Below, piece after piece: positions 16,853 through 26,500 of a stretch of 30,590 nucleotides of DNA (position 1 is the first letter of the stretch; each line of letters begins with the position of its first letter). The position numbers were made by a program, and so were the translations under genes. The DNA lies in IMG/VR virus record IMGVR_UViG_3300046820_002629, positions 1 to 30,590 of that record; one strand, 5' to 3'. Below the pieces are notes generated by a model that saw only the letters and a program-made list of their open reading frames with translations, did no database searches and was not told the DNA's origin. This DNA is from a virus. Its lineage: Duplodnaviria > Caudoviricetes.

Positions 16853-17364
16853 GGTGCTTTCTTATCTTTCTTGCGCTCTTCATAGCTTGGTTCAAGATAA
16901 GCCTTAATTAGGTCCTCAAATTCAATATAAACTTCTGCTTTGTTTTCTGGTGTTATCTTTAAACAATAGTAATCTGCATTATATAATTCATCAACGTTTG
17001 TTGTAACAGTATCTTCATCATATATTAAATCTTCAGCAAAAAAAACAACACCATCTTCGTATAATTGGGTGTCATCCTCAAATTCTCTGTATGCATCTTC
17101 CCAAGAATTATTATCCTCAAAATCAGGGTCGTCTTCATTTACCCTATGATAATATCCTTGATAATATTCATGTGGAACATCATCAACGTGCACAATATAA
17201 GTTTCTTTACTGTCTTTTTTCTTAACTAGAGCCCATTCGTCATACGAAACCAATACATCTACTAGGGGTATTCTCCCCTCGTTTCTTTCATCAACAAATC
17301 CGAAACTACTGTCATATGATTCAAGTAGGGTTTTTAATTGAGATTCGGATATAACTATTTTCAT
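16849..17364 (-). CDS. Acidic hypothetical protein, putative internal head protein
   Basis: Likely start ATG 17364 (MKIVISESQLKTLLES), 1 nt after the upstream stop. The track's longer version overlaps the upstream gene. Confidence 0.72.
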   Translation of the reverse strand: MKIVISESQLKTLLESYDSSFGFVDERNEGRIPLVDVLVSYDEWALVKKKDSKETYIVHVDDVPHEYYQGYYHRVNEDDPDFEDNNSWEDAYREFEDDTQLYEDGVVFFAEDLIYDEDTVTTNVDELYNADYYCLKITPENKAEVYIEFEDLIKAYLEPSYEERKKDKKAP

Positions 17365-17365
17365 A

Positions 17366-18127
17366 TTACCAAGTTTTGCAGGCCCAATATCTTGGTTTCC
17401 AGCGTGGACCGGGATTTGCACAATTATGTCTTGCTCTAAATGATTTTCTTCTTTCTGGGTTATTTTTCTTAATAACCATTCTTTTACCCTTGGCTGATTT
17501 ACCACCAAAACCAAAGTTTACTTTAACAACTTTACCTTTATCGTTTTTAACATAAACTTTAAATTTCTTAACATCACCCTGCATAATTTTACCCAATTGA
17601 ACTTTGCGTCCTTGGTATTCCGCTTCATTCAACATGTTGTTAAAAACAAAATTGGTGTTCTGTACTGAACCACTTTCGTCTTCATATACCAATACAGGGG
17701 TTTCTTCATTATATTCAAATAATCTTTTGAACTGATCTTCTGTAATTTCAATGATTTTTCTTTTTTTCACGCTTTCGTCAAATTTAGTCATTGTTGGTTT
17801 ATTACCCTTACCCGGTTTTGGGTCTTTTTTTTCTGCACGTCTTTTTTGTGATGTCATGGCTTTTTTTTCTTTTTTATCATACGAAGAAGCTATTTTAGGG
17901 GTATCTTTTGATACTTTTTTTGATGGTCTACATTTTGGATATGCTTTTCTTCCTTTTTCACCATTAGCACTACTTCTACCACATGGCGGGTGTTTACCGT
18001 TAACTTTTTTACTTACATCTACCCATTTTTCTTTAAACCACCTACCTAAATCTTCTTGTAAAACATCACCGTTTTTAAGTGACACTTTAACATATTGTAG
18101 ATCTTCTTCGTTAATATGAATTTTCAT
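17366..18127 (-). CDS. Modular basic protein with two Cys/Trp-containing modules
   Basis: Likely start ATG 18127 (MKIHINEEDL). Module 1: DLGRWFKEKWVDV...PPCGR...YPKCRP. Module 2: AEYQGRKV...KVNFG...RRKSFRARHNC...RYWACKTW. Confidence 0.8.
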   Translation of the reverse strand: MKIHINEEDLQYVKVSLKNGDVLQEDLGRWFKEKWVDVSKKVNGKHPPCGRSSANGEKGRKAYPKCRPSKKVSKDTPKIASSYDKKEKKAMTSQKRRAEKKDPKPGKGNKPTMTKFDESVKKRKIIEITEDQFKRLFEYNEETPVLVYEDESGSVQNTNFVFNNMLNEAEYQGRKVQLGKIMQGDVKKFKVYVKNDKGKVVKVNFGFGGKSAKGKRMVIKKNNPERRKSFRARHNCANPGPRWKPRYWACKTW

Positions 18128-18128
18128 T

Positions 18129-18584
18129 TTATTTCTTTTTGCTACAGTATGAACCAGAACATTGTTTTTTACCGTCAAGCCCCTTTATTTTACCCTTACA
18201 AACCTGAACCGCATAGCCATTTGCATATGCTGAAGGGTATACCTTGAACTTAGATTTTGCTGCTGAAATACCTCTAGAGCATAATTTATTACCCTTTTTT
18301 TCTGCCTCCGAAAGGTTTTCTTGTTCAAAATTTCCTTTAATGAAATTTGCCACCTCTTCGACATCATCTTTTGATGTGGTAATGTGATCACCAGCCCACG
18401 CATGTTCACCAGTAACTAACTTAGGAAAGTTTGGTTGATGTTTGTATGATAAGATTGTTTCAATATCTTCTTTTATTTGATATAAATTTTGTAACACCAT
18501 ATATGTACCATCATCAGTTATATGGTTGTCATTTTCTTTTATGAGATTAGTTAGGTGTTTTTTCACTATTTTGTTAATATCCAT
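18129..18584 (-). CDS. Modular protein with a C-terminal basic YPSAYANGYAV module
   Basis: 151-aa ORF ending KLCSRG...KFKVYPSAYANGYAVQVCKG...CSGSYC; preceded by TATTTATA-AGA-ATG. Confidence 0.8.
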   Translation of the reverse strand: MDINKIVKKHLTNLIKENDNHITDDGTYMVLQNLYQIKEDIETILSYKHQPNFPKLVTGEHAWAGDHITTSKDDVEEVANFIKGNFEQENLSEAEKKGNKLCSRGISAAKSKFKVYPSAYANGYAVQVCKGKIKGLDGKKQCSGSYCSKKK

Positions 18585-18587
18585 TCT

Positions 18588-18595
18588 TATAAATA
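18588..18595 (-). promoter_or_regulatory. Putative late promoter motif TATTTATA, 3 nt before ATG 18584
   Basis: The motif occupies most of a 14-nt intergenic gap. Confidence 0.65.
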
Positions 18596-18598
18596 TTT

Positions 18599-19972
18599 TT
18601 ATTTTTCCGAAATTATTTCAAATTTTATGACATCGTTATAATATATAAACTCATTATGCTTTTTACCTTTAATTTCTAGGTAATATTCTCTAGGTATTAG
18701 GTATGATGTATCCAACATAAAGGAGTTTTCATTAGTTTTATCTAATAATGTCCAGTCAAACACATTTACATTTGTTTTTCCTTCTCTAATATATACCCTG
18801 TAGTAAACCTCATTGAATAACTCACTTTTAGGTACATCTATAGATCTAAATGTTGTGACAATTTTTCTTATTTCACCTCTTTTTATCTTTTCATTTAATT
18901 TTATACCAAAAAATTGTACAGAATATCTTTCTAACTCTTTAATATTTTCTCCTATACTAAAATTAAAGGTATATGGTTTGGGTACGAATTTTTGTATGAT
19001 TGGGCTAATACCCACACCATCAATAATTAATCCTTTCCATCTGTCATGATAAAACCTTTTACCGTCACATAGTAGCCCATTTAGGCCAAATGTGACCTTA
19101 TAGATACCTTTTCTTATTTTTCTTGTGGTAAGGTTACCCAACCCAGAAAGAACCGCACCATTTGTATCTGTTATGTCAACAGTTGGAAGTGTGGCCAGAT
19201 TATAGAAATTGTTTCCCTTAGTTACATATAGGTATAAATTTTGATTAACATTTTCAATAAAATTTTGCCTATTATCGTCAATTGTGTCTTCAAAATATGT
19301 TTCAACAAATGGTTCAAAAAATGTTTGGGTATACTTTGTGAAAAATGCAACGGATTGATCTACCTCAGATTCTATATCTTGATATAACACAGAAAACGCT
19401 AATCCCAATCCATGATCAGTATTACCAGAGACTATTAATCCGTTTACATAATTTGTAATATCCGCTTTAATATCTTCATTTCCATTATCAAAATGAATAG
19501 TTTTAATTATAACCGGGTTGTTGGAATAAACACCGTCTGCGGACCATTTATCAAGTGTGGTTCTATTAAACCAGTTTGATGGCCTTTCATCAAATGTATT
19601 GTTACCATCTGTAAAGTCAAACACTTGATCTTCGTAATCAAAACCAATACCTTCGTCCCAGTATTCGGGAACTTTAAAAATAATTAAATCAAATGATGTT
19701 GTTCTATCTCTACCTCTACCATTTTTTTGTCTAAGAAGTGTTTCATCACCAAAAATAGTGTTTGTTAAGTGTAGGGTATGTGTTGTCCCAGATGTGACAA
19801 CATATTCACCAGAACTGACTTTTCTTTTCAATTCGGTAAAATCCACCTTAAATATGAATTTAGAAAAGGTAGACCCATATATAAGTTCGGTATTAGGGTT
19901 CTTCGAGGTATTAACCTGAGAATCCTTTAAAATGGTGTTGTTTTTCTCAAAATAAGAGCGAAAATATGACAT
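18599..19972 (-). CDS. Probable virion structural (baseplate-region) protein
   Basis: 457-aa aromatic-rich, beta-strand-like ORF next to the gp5-like gene; TATTTATT at 19983-19990 upstream. Function inferred from context. Confidence 0.65.
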   Translation of the reverse strand: MSYFRSYFEKNNTILKDSQVNTSKNPNTELIYGSTFSKFIFKVDFTELKRKVSSGEYVVTSGTTHTLHLTNTIFGDETLLRQKNGRGRDRTTSFDLIIFKVPEYWDEGIGFDYEDQVFDFTDGNNTFDERPSNWFNRTTLDKWSADGVYSNNPVIIKTIHFDNGNEDIKADITNYVNGLIVSGNTDHGLGLAFSVLYQDIESEVDQSVAFFTKYTQTFFEPFVETYFEDTIDDNRQNFIENVNQNLYLYVTKGNNFYNLATLPTVDITDTNGAVLSGLGNLTTRKIRKGIYKVTFGLNGLLCDGKRFYHDRWKGLIIDGVGISPIIQKFVPKPYTFNFSIGENIKELERYSVQFFGIKLNEKIKRGEIRKIVTTFRSIDVPKSELFNEVYYRVYIREGKTNVNVFDWTLLDKTNENSFMLDTSYLIPREYYLEIKGKKHNEFIYYNDVIKFEIISEK

Positions 19973-19995
19973 CTTTTTATTTAATAAATATCAAA

Positions 19996-21480
19996 TTAAT
20001 TTATTCTTATCGAAGAATTAATCATATCTATTTTTGCACGCTCTATTAGGCGCTTTAAGCTGTCTGTGGTGGCTTTAAAATACTTTGGTGGGGTAATTAT
20101 ACCGTGAGTGTGATTTAACAGAATAAGGGTAATAAGCTCAAGTATTTCTATCAATTTTTCACCTCTAACGGAAGAAAATGTATTTGGTAGAATTCTCATT
20201 AAATAATCTTCTTGAGTATATTCATATTTGTCCAGAGCACCAAAATCAATGTTCTTACCATCAACACCACTATTGGTTGTTGACATATGAACAATATGAT
20301 CAGCAGTAAGTGCTGCGAATGTTTGATCCATCTCACTAACTTTTTTAAGATATGGAACTTCTTTTTTTTGTGAAACAATCGGTACTTCTATTGATGTTCT
20401 ACTATAAACCAAACCAAACCCATTGGTTCTGGTACTGTAATATATGTTAGTTAAAAAATCTGTAGATCCATTCTGATTTCTTAGCTCATTTTTGGGTCTA
20501 AAATAAAATGGGTGAGCTGGTAGATCTGGTAGGGTAGGTTCGGTAATAATTAGATTTTCCCTATCAACTCTAGAAATAAAATCTCTAATAAGAATATATG
20601 CTTCTTGTTGTTTGTTACTAGATTCTAGTGTTTGGGTATCTTCGTATATTAATTCTGCAGAATCCGGTATATCTAATTCTGTATTTATACCAAAAACATC
20701 TGTTTTATATTTTTCACCAAAAGTTTTATTAATTCTATAGATATACAATGTAATCTCTGTTGGTTCTAAAACATTATCTAATTTATATTCAATAACATGT
20801 TTAATATCGGTTCTACTTATAACATCGTCAACAATTATTTTTTTATCTAATTGTAATGTTTGTGGAAACTTTTTTAAACTTAATTTAGATTGTTTTTTTG
20901 AAAATATTGGGTACTTTGATAACTCTGTTTTAAACTTTGGATTTGTTGCAAATTTATCAACAAGCTTACCAGCTCTAAGTTGTACACCATGTTCTGTTAA
21001 TATAACGTCTGATCCATAGTTACCAACAAGACCAATATCGTTTAATTTAGGTAGTGTACCAACAGATTCTGCTCTAATAAATCCATCATCAAATGATTTT
21101 TTCTCACCAGTAAATGATTTAATTGCTGGGGATTTTTCAGATCGTTTTGCGTATGTGGTTTCTGTTAATTGTGATAATTCATTCTGATATGTATAATCAA
21201 AAGTTGTTGTAAATGGGCCTGGAATATATTCCTGGTTTTGTAGATCTTTTTCATTATCATATCTTATTATTTTAACAGCTTGTTCTTTTTGCGGAATAAT
21301 ATTAATATGTGTTGGTAAAAACGGGGAGTAAACAAATGGGTCGTTTGCGCTCCATTGCTCCCACACTGCTATAGATTTAGATCTATCGCTTTCTGTTTCA
21401 GAAATGTCTCTAACTCTAATTCTACCTATACCTCTTGGGTCTTTATTATCAACACAGATACCAATATTTACTATTTTCAT
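19996..21480 (-). CDS. Baseplate hub/central spike protein (gp5/VgrG OB-fold-like)
   Basis: N-terminal GICVDNKDPRGIGRIRVR...W...P...IPQKEQAV matches the gp5 OB-fold pattern; C-terminal NHTHG resembles the HxH spike-tip motif. Confidence 0.72.
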   Translation of the reverse strand: MKIVNIGICVDNKDPRGIGRIRVRDISETESDRSKSIAVWEQWSANDPFVYSPFLPTHINIIPQKEQAVKIIRYDNEKDLQNQEYIPGPFTTTFDYTYQNELSQLTETTYAKRSEKSPAIKSFTGEKKSFDDGFIRAESVGTLPKLNDIGLVGNYGSDVILTEHGVQLRAGKLVDKFATNPKFKTELSKYPIFSKKQSKLSLKKFPQTLQLDKKIIVDDVISRTDIKHVIEYKLDNVLEPTEITLYIYRINKTFGEKYKTDVFGINTELDIPDSAELIYEDTQTLESSNKQQEAYILIRDFISRVDRENLIITEPTLPDLPAHPFYFRPKNELRNQNGSTDFLTNIYYSTRTNGFGLVYSRTSIEVPIVSQKKEVPYLKKVSEMDQTFAALTADHIVHMSTTNSGVDGKNIDFGALDKYEYTQEDYLMRILPNTFSSVRGEKLIEILELITLILLNHTHGIITPPKYFKATTDSLKRLIERAKIDMINSSIRIN

Positions 21481-21674
21481 TTATATCTTTTGTTTAGTTC
21501 CACATTAACATTATTATACAATAATTCAATAGATTCTAATTGTTTTGTAAGTTCAATTATAATTTCCTTTGTTTTATCAAACTCACCAATTAAAAAATCT
21601 CTAGCATCGACAAGGTCTTTATTACTAGAGTTAACAACATTGTTACCAATTTCTATAACTTTATTTAATTCCAT
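21477..21674 (-). CDS. Small coiled-coil hypothetical protein
   Basis: 65-aa ORF tightly packed between its neighbours. Confidence 0.72.
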   Translation of the reverse strand: MELNKVIEIGNNVVNSSNKDLVDARDFLIGEFDKTKEIIIELTKQLESIELLYNNVNVELNKRYK

Positions 21675-21675
21675 A

Positions 21676-23559
21676 TTATGTTAGTTTACCATGTGCTTTT
21701 AAGATTCCTGGTGGTATTATAGCGGCGCCACCTAGTGGTGCAACAGGTATTTGTGCGTAATCTAAACTAACCTGTACAAAAGAGTTTTGATCCATCTCTT
21801 TTTGATGTCCTTTAATTATTGATGAGAAAAACGCCACAACATTATTGTCCTGACCATATAGATCACCTGTTGGTATTCCGTTTGCTTCTAGTAATTCACC
21901 AATATTCATAATTGCTCTGTCTTCACTATACCCCGGAAGTTTTTTTGATAATTGTAATAATAAACCTGGGATCTTTTGTGATATACCAACTTTTAATTGG
22001 TTTAATAATGCTAAAATAGCATTATAAAAATCATCACATGATGCTATACCAATAAATGGAATTAAGGCAGATAAAATTTCGATCAACGATGTTAATATAA
22101 CTAAGTATCTTTTTTTAGCATTCTTTAAAATTCTTTTTGCTAAATCTTTTAATATTAATGCTAACTGTGGTTTAACTTTTGTCCAAAAAACAGTTAAAAA
22201 CTTATTAAAGATATCTTTAATAATGTTATACACCATTTTGGTTAAATTCTTAATAATTGTTTGAATTGTTATTACTGCATTTATAACAGCTGATTTTAAT
22301 ATTTTCCAAAGTACAACAACCGGAAAAAACATCTTTGCTGAAAACACTGAAGATATTAACGCTTTAGGTAAATTTTTTAAAGAATTAAAATCAAGATTAG
22401 CGGCAAATTGTGGGTATGGTATTGATAAATTTTGATTTGCGGCGTCTTTTGCAACTTTCGATAAAGCGCTATTATATAAATCTGTGATATCATTTTTAGT
22501 TGTAGAAAAAAATGCAAATTCTTCAACAATACCTTGATTAACCGGAATAGTAAAATTATTACAATCTGTGAATTTTAATACTTTTTGATATCTTAAATTC
22601 TCATCATCAATATCAATACCTTCAACATCATCAAAATTAAAAAACGCGCCTAGATCTACATCACCCTCATTAAACTGATCAACTGGGTTTTGTTTTAATT
22701 CATTGTTCTGTGGTTTAGCACAAACTGCACAAATTTTATCAATAACTCTAGTTAATTTATTTACATTAACATCATAGCTTGCGTTTGTTACATTAATACC
22801 ACCAGCCGGGATTAACATGGAAAAACTATTCTTTAATACATCAGATATTTTTGGAAACTCAATAGTTTCATAATACTTTGTAATAAATTGGTCAACTGTT
22901 GTTCCACCAGCTTGAAGCCCCTCTATTTTATATTTTTGAATAGCACTGTCCCATTCCATTGAAAATAGCTGAGTTTCATCTATTGATTGAAAGATATATG
23001 AACCACCGCTAAATTTCTCATAAAATATTTTATTCATTTTTATTTTATCACCATTAGCTTGTGGCCCCTCATATATTATTTTACCCAAGCCCGTTTGAGG
23101 GTCTGTTTGTAACATATCTAAAAGATCAAATTCTTTTGGGGAAATCGTTAATCCACTAACAGGCATTGGTGTAGTTGTACCGCAATTCATATCACTGTCA
23201 CTAGCAAAAAACAACTTTCTAACGTTATCTAAAAAAATCGGCTTAACTGATTCGGTTGTTTCTTTAACAGATTCTCTGGTGATTCTTCTTAACATACTTT
23301 CACCGTTTTTTTGTTTTACGGGAAGTATTTTTTGTAAATCTGTGGTTATTTTTTCAAATATATTTTCTACGTTTGGTAGTTTCTGTTTTGCTTTGTCAGC
23401 ATAACTTTCTAATGTACCACCAATCTGTCCTTGTAAATTTTCTAATGTATCGTCATATGTTTTCAATAGATCTTCAACGCCTTTTTTTGTGTCATTGGCT
23501 TGTTGAATAATTTTAAACTTGGATTTAATTTCCCTTTGTTTATTTTTAAGATCTACCAT
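21676..23559 (-). CDS. Large hypothetical protein, probably structural
   Basis: 627-aa ORF with an amphipathic/hydrophobic helical C-terminal third; in the operon with the spike gene. Confidence 0.75.
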   Translation of the reverse strand: MVDLKNKQREIKSKFKIIQQANDTKKGVEDLLKTYDDTLENLQGQIGGTLESYADKAKQKLPNVENIFEKITTDLQKILPVKQKNGESMLRRITRESVKETTESVKPIFLDNVRKLFFASDSDMNCGTTTPMPVSGLTISPKEFDLLDMLQTDPQTGLGKIIYEGPQANGDKIKMNKIFYEKFSGGSYIFQSIDETQLFSMEWDSAIQKYKIEGLQAGGTTVDQFITKYYETIEFPKISDVLKNSFSMLIPAGGINVTNASYDVNVNKLTRVIDKICAVCAKPQNNELKQNPVDQFNEGDVDLGAFFNFDDVEGIDIDDENLRYQKVLKFTDCNNFTIPVNQGIVEEFAFFSTTKNDITDLYNSALSKVAKDAANQNLSIPYPQFAANLDFNSLKNLPKALISSVFSAKMFFPVVVLWKILKSAVINAVITIQTIIKNLTKMVYNIIKDIFNKFLTVFWTKVKPQLALILKDLAKRILKNAKKRYLVILTSLIEILSALIPFIGIASCDDFYNAILALLNQLKVGISQKIPGLLLQLSKKLPGYSEDRAIMNIGELLEANGIPTGDLYGQDNNVVAFFSSIIKGHQKEMDQNSFVQVSLDYAQIPVAPLGGAAIIPPGILKAHGKLT

Positions 23560-23933
23560 TATATTTCATATTTTTGATCCTGGCCTTTATCGTCGTTACC
23601 TACTAATTTTTCTAGCAATTCTCTATCCTCGTCTGTTAATGTCATTTTACCTGCTGAAAATTTATCACCAGATGCGGCACCCTTTTGAATAAGGGTATTT
23701 TGAATCTTAACTAAAGAGATTTTCTTTTCAGTACATTCATTCAAAATCTTTTGTTGTTCTTTAATTACTGGTCCAATAACAGACATATCCTCAGATTCTT
23801 TCATAAAAGAAAGCATCTTTTTCATTATCAATGTAGCGGTGTTTTTTTGCTCCACGATATCGAAATATATTTCTTGCATTAACGATAGCGCAGAGTCTGT
23901 ATCTAACGCTAAGTTTTTCTTCGGTGGTCTCAT
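23559..23933 (-). CDS. Hypothetical coiled-coil protein
   Basis: 124-aa ORF; TAATG overlap with the next gene; preceded by TATTTATT-AGT-ATG. Confidence 0.78.
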   Translation of the reverse strand: MRPPKKNLALDTDSALSLMQEIYFDIVEQKNTATLIMKKMLSFMKESEDMSVIGPVIKEQQKILNECTEKKISLVKIQNTLIQKGAASGDKFSAGKMTLTDEDRELLEKLVGNDDKGQDQKYEI

Positions 23934-23936
23934 ACT

Positions 23937-23944
23937 AATAAATA
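23937..23944 (-). promoter_or_regulatory. Putative late promoter motif TATTTATT, 3 nt before ATG 23933
   Basis: The motif lies in a 15-nt intergenic gap at the head of the structural operon. Confidence 0.55.
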
Positions 23945-23948
23945 GGGT

Positions 23949-24647
23949 TTAATCTAAAAATCCACCTAAAACACCATCATATAGTAATTTGTATCGTTTA
24001 AGCGATATTCTAATCTCTTTTGTTGATAATGATGTCATTTCTCTTAGAGATAGGAGGATTAAATTCTTATTAAATTTGTTACCATCACCAATTTGAAAAA
24101 TCCTATCAAAATTGCTGAATATCTCCAAAAGGGCGTAACCTAATTTTTTTTCATTATCTGTTAACTCTTCAGTCTCAATAAAATCTTCAAGTTTATTTGT
24201 TAGGTTGATAATGACTTCAGAATAATCTATATGATATTCATCGATTGTATATGAAAAATCAACCCTGCTCTCAATATCTTCAGAAATATCCTCATATGAT
24301 ATACTTCTGTTTTGATCTTTCGTATCCTTTTGGATGGCCCCCATTAAGTAGTTCTTACATATAGTACCAAAATAGGAATACGCTTTGTGATTTTTTGTAT
24401 GGTCAAATTTATTTATTTTAGTTATAAGAAAAGACATTGTATCTGTATGTAAGTCCTCAAATTCAAAATCTTTTCTATATAACTTGTATCTTCTTATGAT
24501 ACTCTCAACCATTATAATTAGGGGTTCTCGTAAATATTCGTTGAATATCTTGTTTCTTTCTGCATCGTCACTACTTTCTAGGTAATTAACTACCGCCTTT
24601 TCTTGATCCTCCCCAAAATAAACTTTTTGGGTACGTTTTCTTGGCAT
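23949..24647 (-). CDS. Phage RNA polymerase sigma factor (T4 gp55-like late sigma)
   Basis: RNKIFNEYL...MVESIIRRY...FEDLHTDTMSFL...KFDHTKNHKAYSYFGTICKNYL follows sigma region 2.1-2.4, as in the gp55 FDxxK...AYF pattern. Confidence 0.72.
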   Translation of the reverse strand: MPRKRTQKVYFGEDQEKAVVNYLESSDDAERNKIFNEYLREPLIIMVESIIRRYKLYRKDFEFEDLHTDTMSFLITKINKFDHTKNHKAYSYFGTICKNYLMGAIQKDTKDQNRSISYEDISEDIESRVDFSYTIDEYHIDYSEVIINLTNKLEDFIETEELTDNEKKLGYALLEIFSNFDRIFQIGDGNKFNKNLILLSLREMTSLSTKEIRISLKRYKLLYDGVLGGFLD

Positions 24648-25432
24648 TAATTTTCATTATAAATTACTTCTCGTTTATTTGTGAAGAAAAATTCTTTTTT
24701 GGCGGTTTCAACCCAAAATTTAGCTTCGTTTTCAGCAAGTTTTGTTTTCTCATCATTTTTGTATAACCAGAATAATGAGTCTTCTCTTAGGTTAACGTGT
24801 CTATATCCAATTCTAGGTACAACCATGACTTTAGCACCGTTGTGTGTTAATCTTAATAAGAATTCATAACCAAATGTTAGTTTGATGTTTTCTTTAAATC
24901 CACCATTTTCACTAACTACTTTCGTTTTATATAATCCACCACTAATTTGGTAGCTTTGATATTCAATTAAAACCTCATTATCTAAAACACCTTGTTTCTC
25001 TGAAAATCCATAAGCCCAAACTGATTCATTTGTGAAATTAGTGAAATTACCTTCTTCGTCAACATCTTTAACTATTGGTAAAAAGACATCTACATTTGGA
25101 TATTCTTTAACATATTGATTAACAGATTTCAACCAAATTTTTTGATATTCGTCATCAATCTCTAAAATTGAAAACCATTCTGTTGTGCAGCTTTTAATAC
25201 CTTCATTTAGTTGTGAACAAAAGTCAGTTTCACCATTGTGGAGTTTATATTCAACCTCAATTTTTTTACCTAAATCAACGCTATCAAGTTCAGCTTTTAA
25301 ATTAGCTGGAGCAACGATCATTAATTTAACATCATTATAAAATTCTTTAGCCGACTCAACAGCTTTCTGAAGCATTAATTTATAATCATCGTTTAATTTA
25401 TGTACCGGTAATATTACTGTTATATTTTTCAT
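24647..25432 (-). CDS. Glycosyltransferase, GT-A fold (family 2-like)
   Basis: ITVILPVH...QLNEGIKSCTTEWFSILEIDDEY (ExDD variant of DxD)...GGFKE...YEFLLRL. Confidence 0.8.
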   Translation of the reverse strand: MKNITVILPVHKLNDDYKLMLQKAVESAKEFYNDVKLMIVAPANLKAELDSVDLGKKIEVEYKLHNGETDFCSQLNEGIKSCTTEWFSILEIDDEYQKIWLKSVNQYVKEYPNVDVFLPIVKDVDEEGNFTNFTNESVWAYGFSEKQGVLDNEVLIEYQSYQISGGLYKTKVVSENGGFKENIKLTFGYEFLLRLTHNGAKVMVVPRIGYRHVNLREDSLFWLYKNDEKTKLAENEAKFWVETAKKEFFFTNKREVIYNEN

Positions 25433-26496
25433 ACTGTTTCTTCTTGTTTTAATTTTTCTAATCCTTTTGTAATTGTTTCTTTTCTTTTAGAATTGAACGA
25501 TTCAAAAATGTTAATGGTATTATTTTTGGTGATTTCTTTGTTGTATGGTGCTAATGTTTCTTGCATTTTTTCTTTAACCTCATCGTTGATCTCAACACCA
25601 TCTAACCACGCTAAACAATATGTCCCTAATAGTTCAACTAGTTTACTTTCGTCATATGTCCACATACCGTTCTCGGATAACCAATCTGGTTCTGTCATTG
25701 GAATTTTACCAATAACGGGGACATTAGATTTCATAGATTCTAGTGGGAACGTACCGAATGTGCTATCATCATCTAACCATAGTGAAACAAAACACTCTTT
25801 TAACCCATCAGAAAATTCTGTATTAGACATTTGAACCATATCTCTAAATGTGATCCATCTTAGTTGTGGATATTTTAAATAAAATTCAGAAATTAACTTT
25901 CTATGTTTAACTCTGTCTCTACAACTAATAGCAATAAATGGCTTAACTGGTTTTTCACTTTTAGTAAAATAATCTTCAATAACTGGTGGAATAATAAAAA
26001 CTAAAGACTCTGGGAAATATTCTAAGATATATTTTTTAGCAGCTTCAGTTGTTGTTATAACTTTATCAAATCCAAATTCACTAAATCTACTGCCAATTGA
26101 TAATGTGTCAAACATATACTCTTTTTGTTGAACCAACATTATTTTAGTACATCTAACGTTAGCTAATTGTGGTAAAACGTTTGCATAACTTTCTGGTACA
26201 ACAAGAATATCATCAATACTCATTTCTACCTTATCTTCTTTTATTGATACAACTGGTAACACATTATACTCATCACCAAGCCATGCTGATACACCACTGT
26301 ATTTTGAGTCTTCAACAAGAATCTTTGAATTCATTCCGGCTTGTTTTAGATATAATGCCATATCATAGATATGTTTTACTGACGCCCTTGCGTTTCCTTT
26401 TGTGTCATAACACAAAAAATAAATTCCATTTTCTTTAGATTCAATTCTAACTAAAGCATCTTGTAATTTTTCGATGTTTTTTAATTTTTCACTCAT
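25429..26496 (-). CDS. Glycosyltransferase, GT-B fold-like
   Basis: DILVVPE and STFGTFPLESMKSNVPVIG (variant of the GT4 E-x-F-G-x-x-x-x-E-A-M motif). Confidence 0.75.
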   Translation of the reverse strand: MSEKLKNIEKLQDALVRIESKENGIYFLCYDTKGNARASVKHIYDMALYLKQAGMNSKILVEDSKYSGVSAWLGDEYNVLPVVSIKEDKVEMSIDDILVVPESYANVLPQLANVRCTKIMLVQQKEYMFDTLSIGSRFSEFGFDKVITTTEAAKKYILEYFPESLVFIIPPVIEDYFTKSEKPVKPFIAISCRDRVKHRKLISEFYLKYPQLRWITFRDMVQMSNTEFSDGLKECFVSLWLDDDSTFGTFPLESMKSNVPVIGKIPMTEPDWLSENGMWTYDESKLVELLGTYCLAWLDGVEINDEVKEKMQETLAPYNKEITKNNTINIFESFNSKRKETITKGLEKLKQEETV

Positions 26497-26500
26497 TTTT

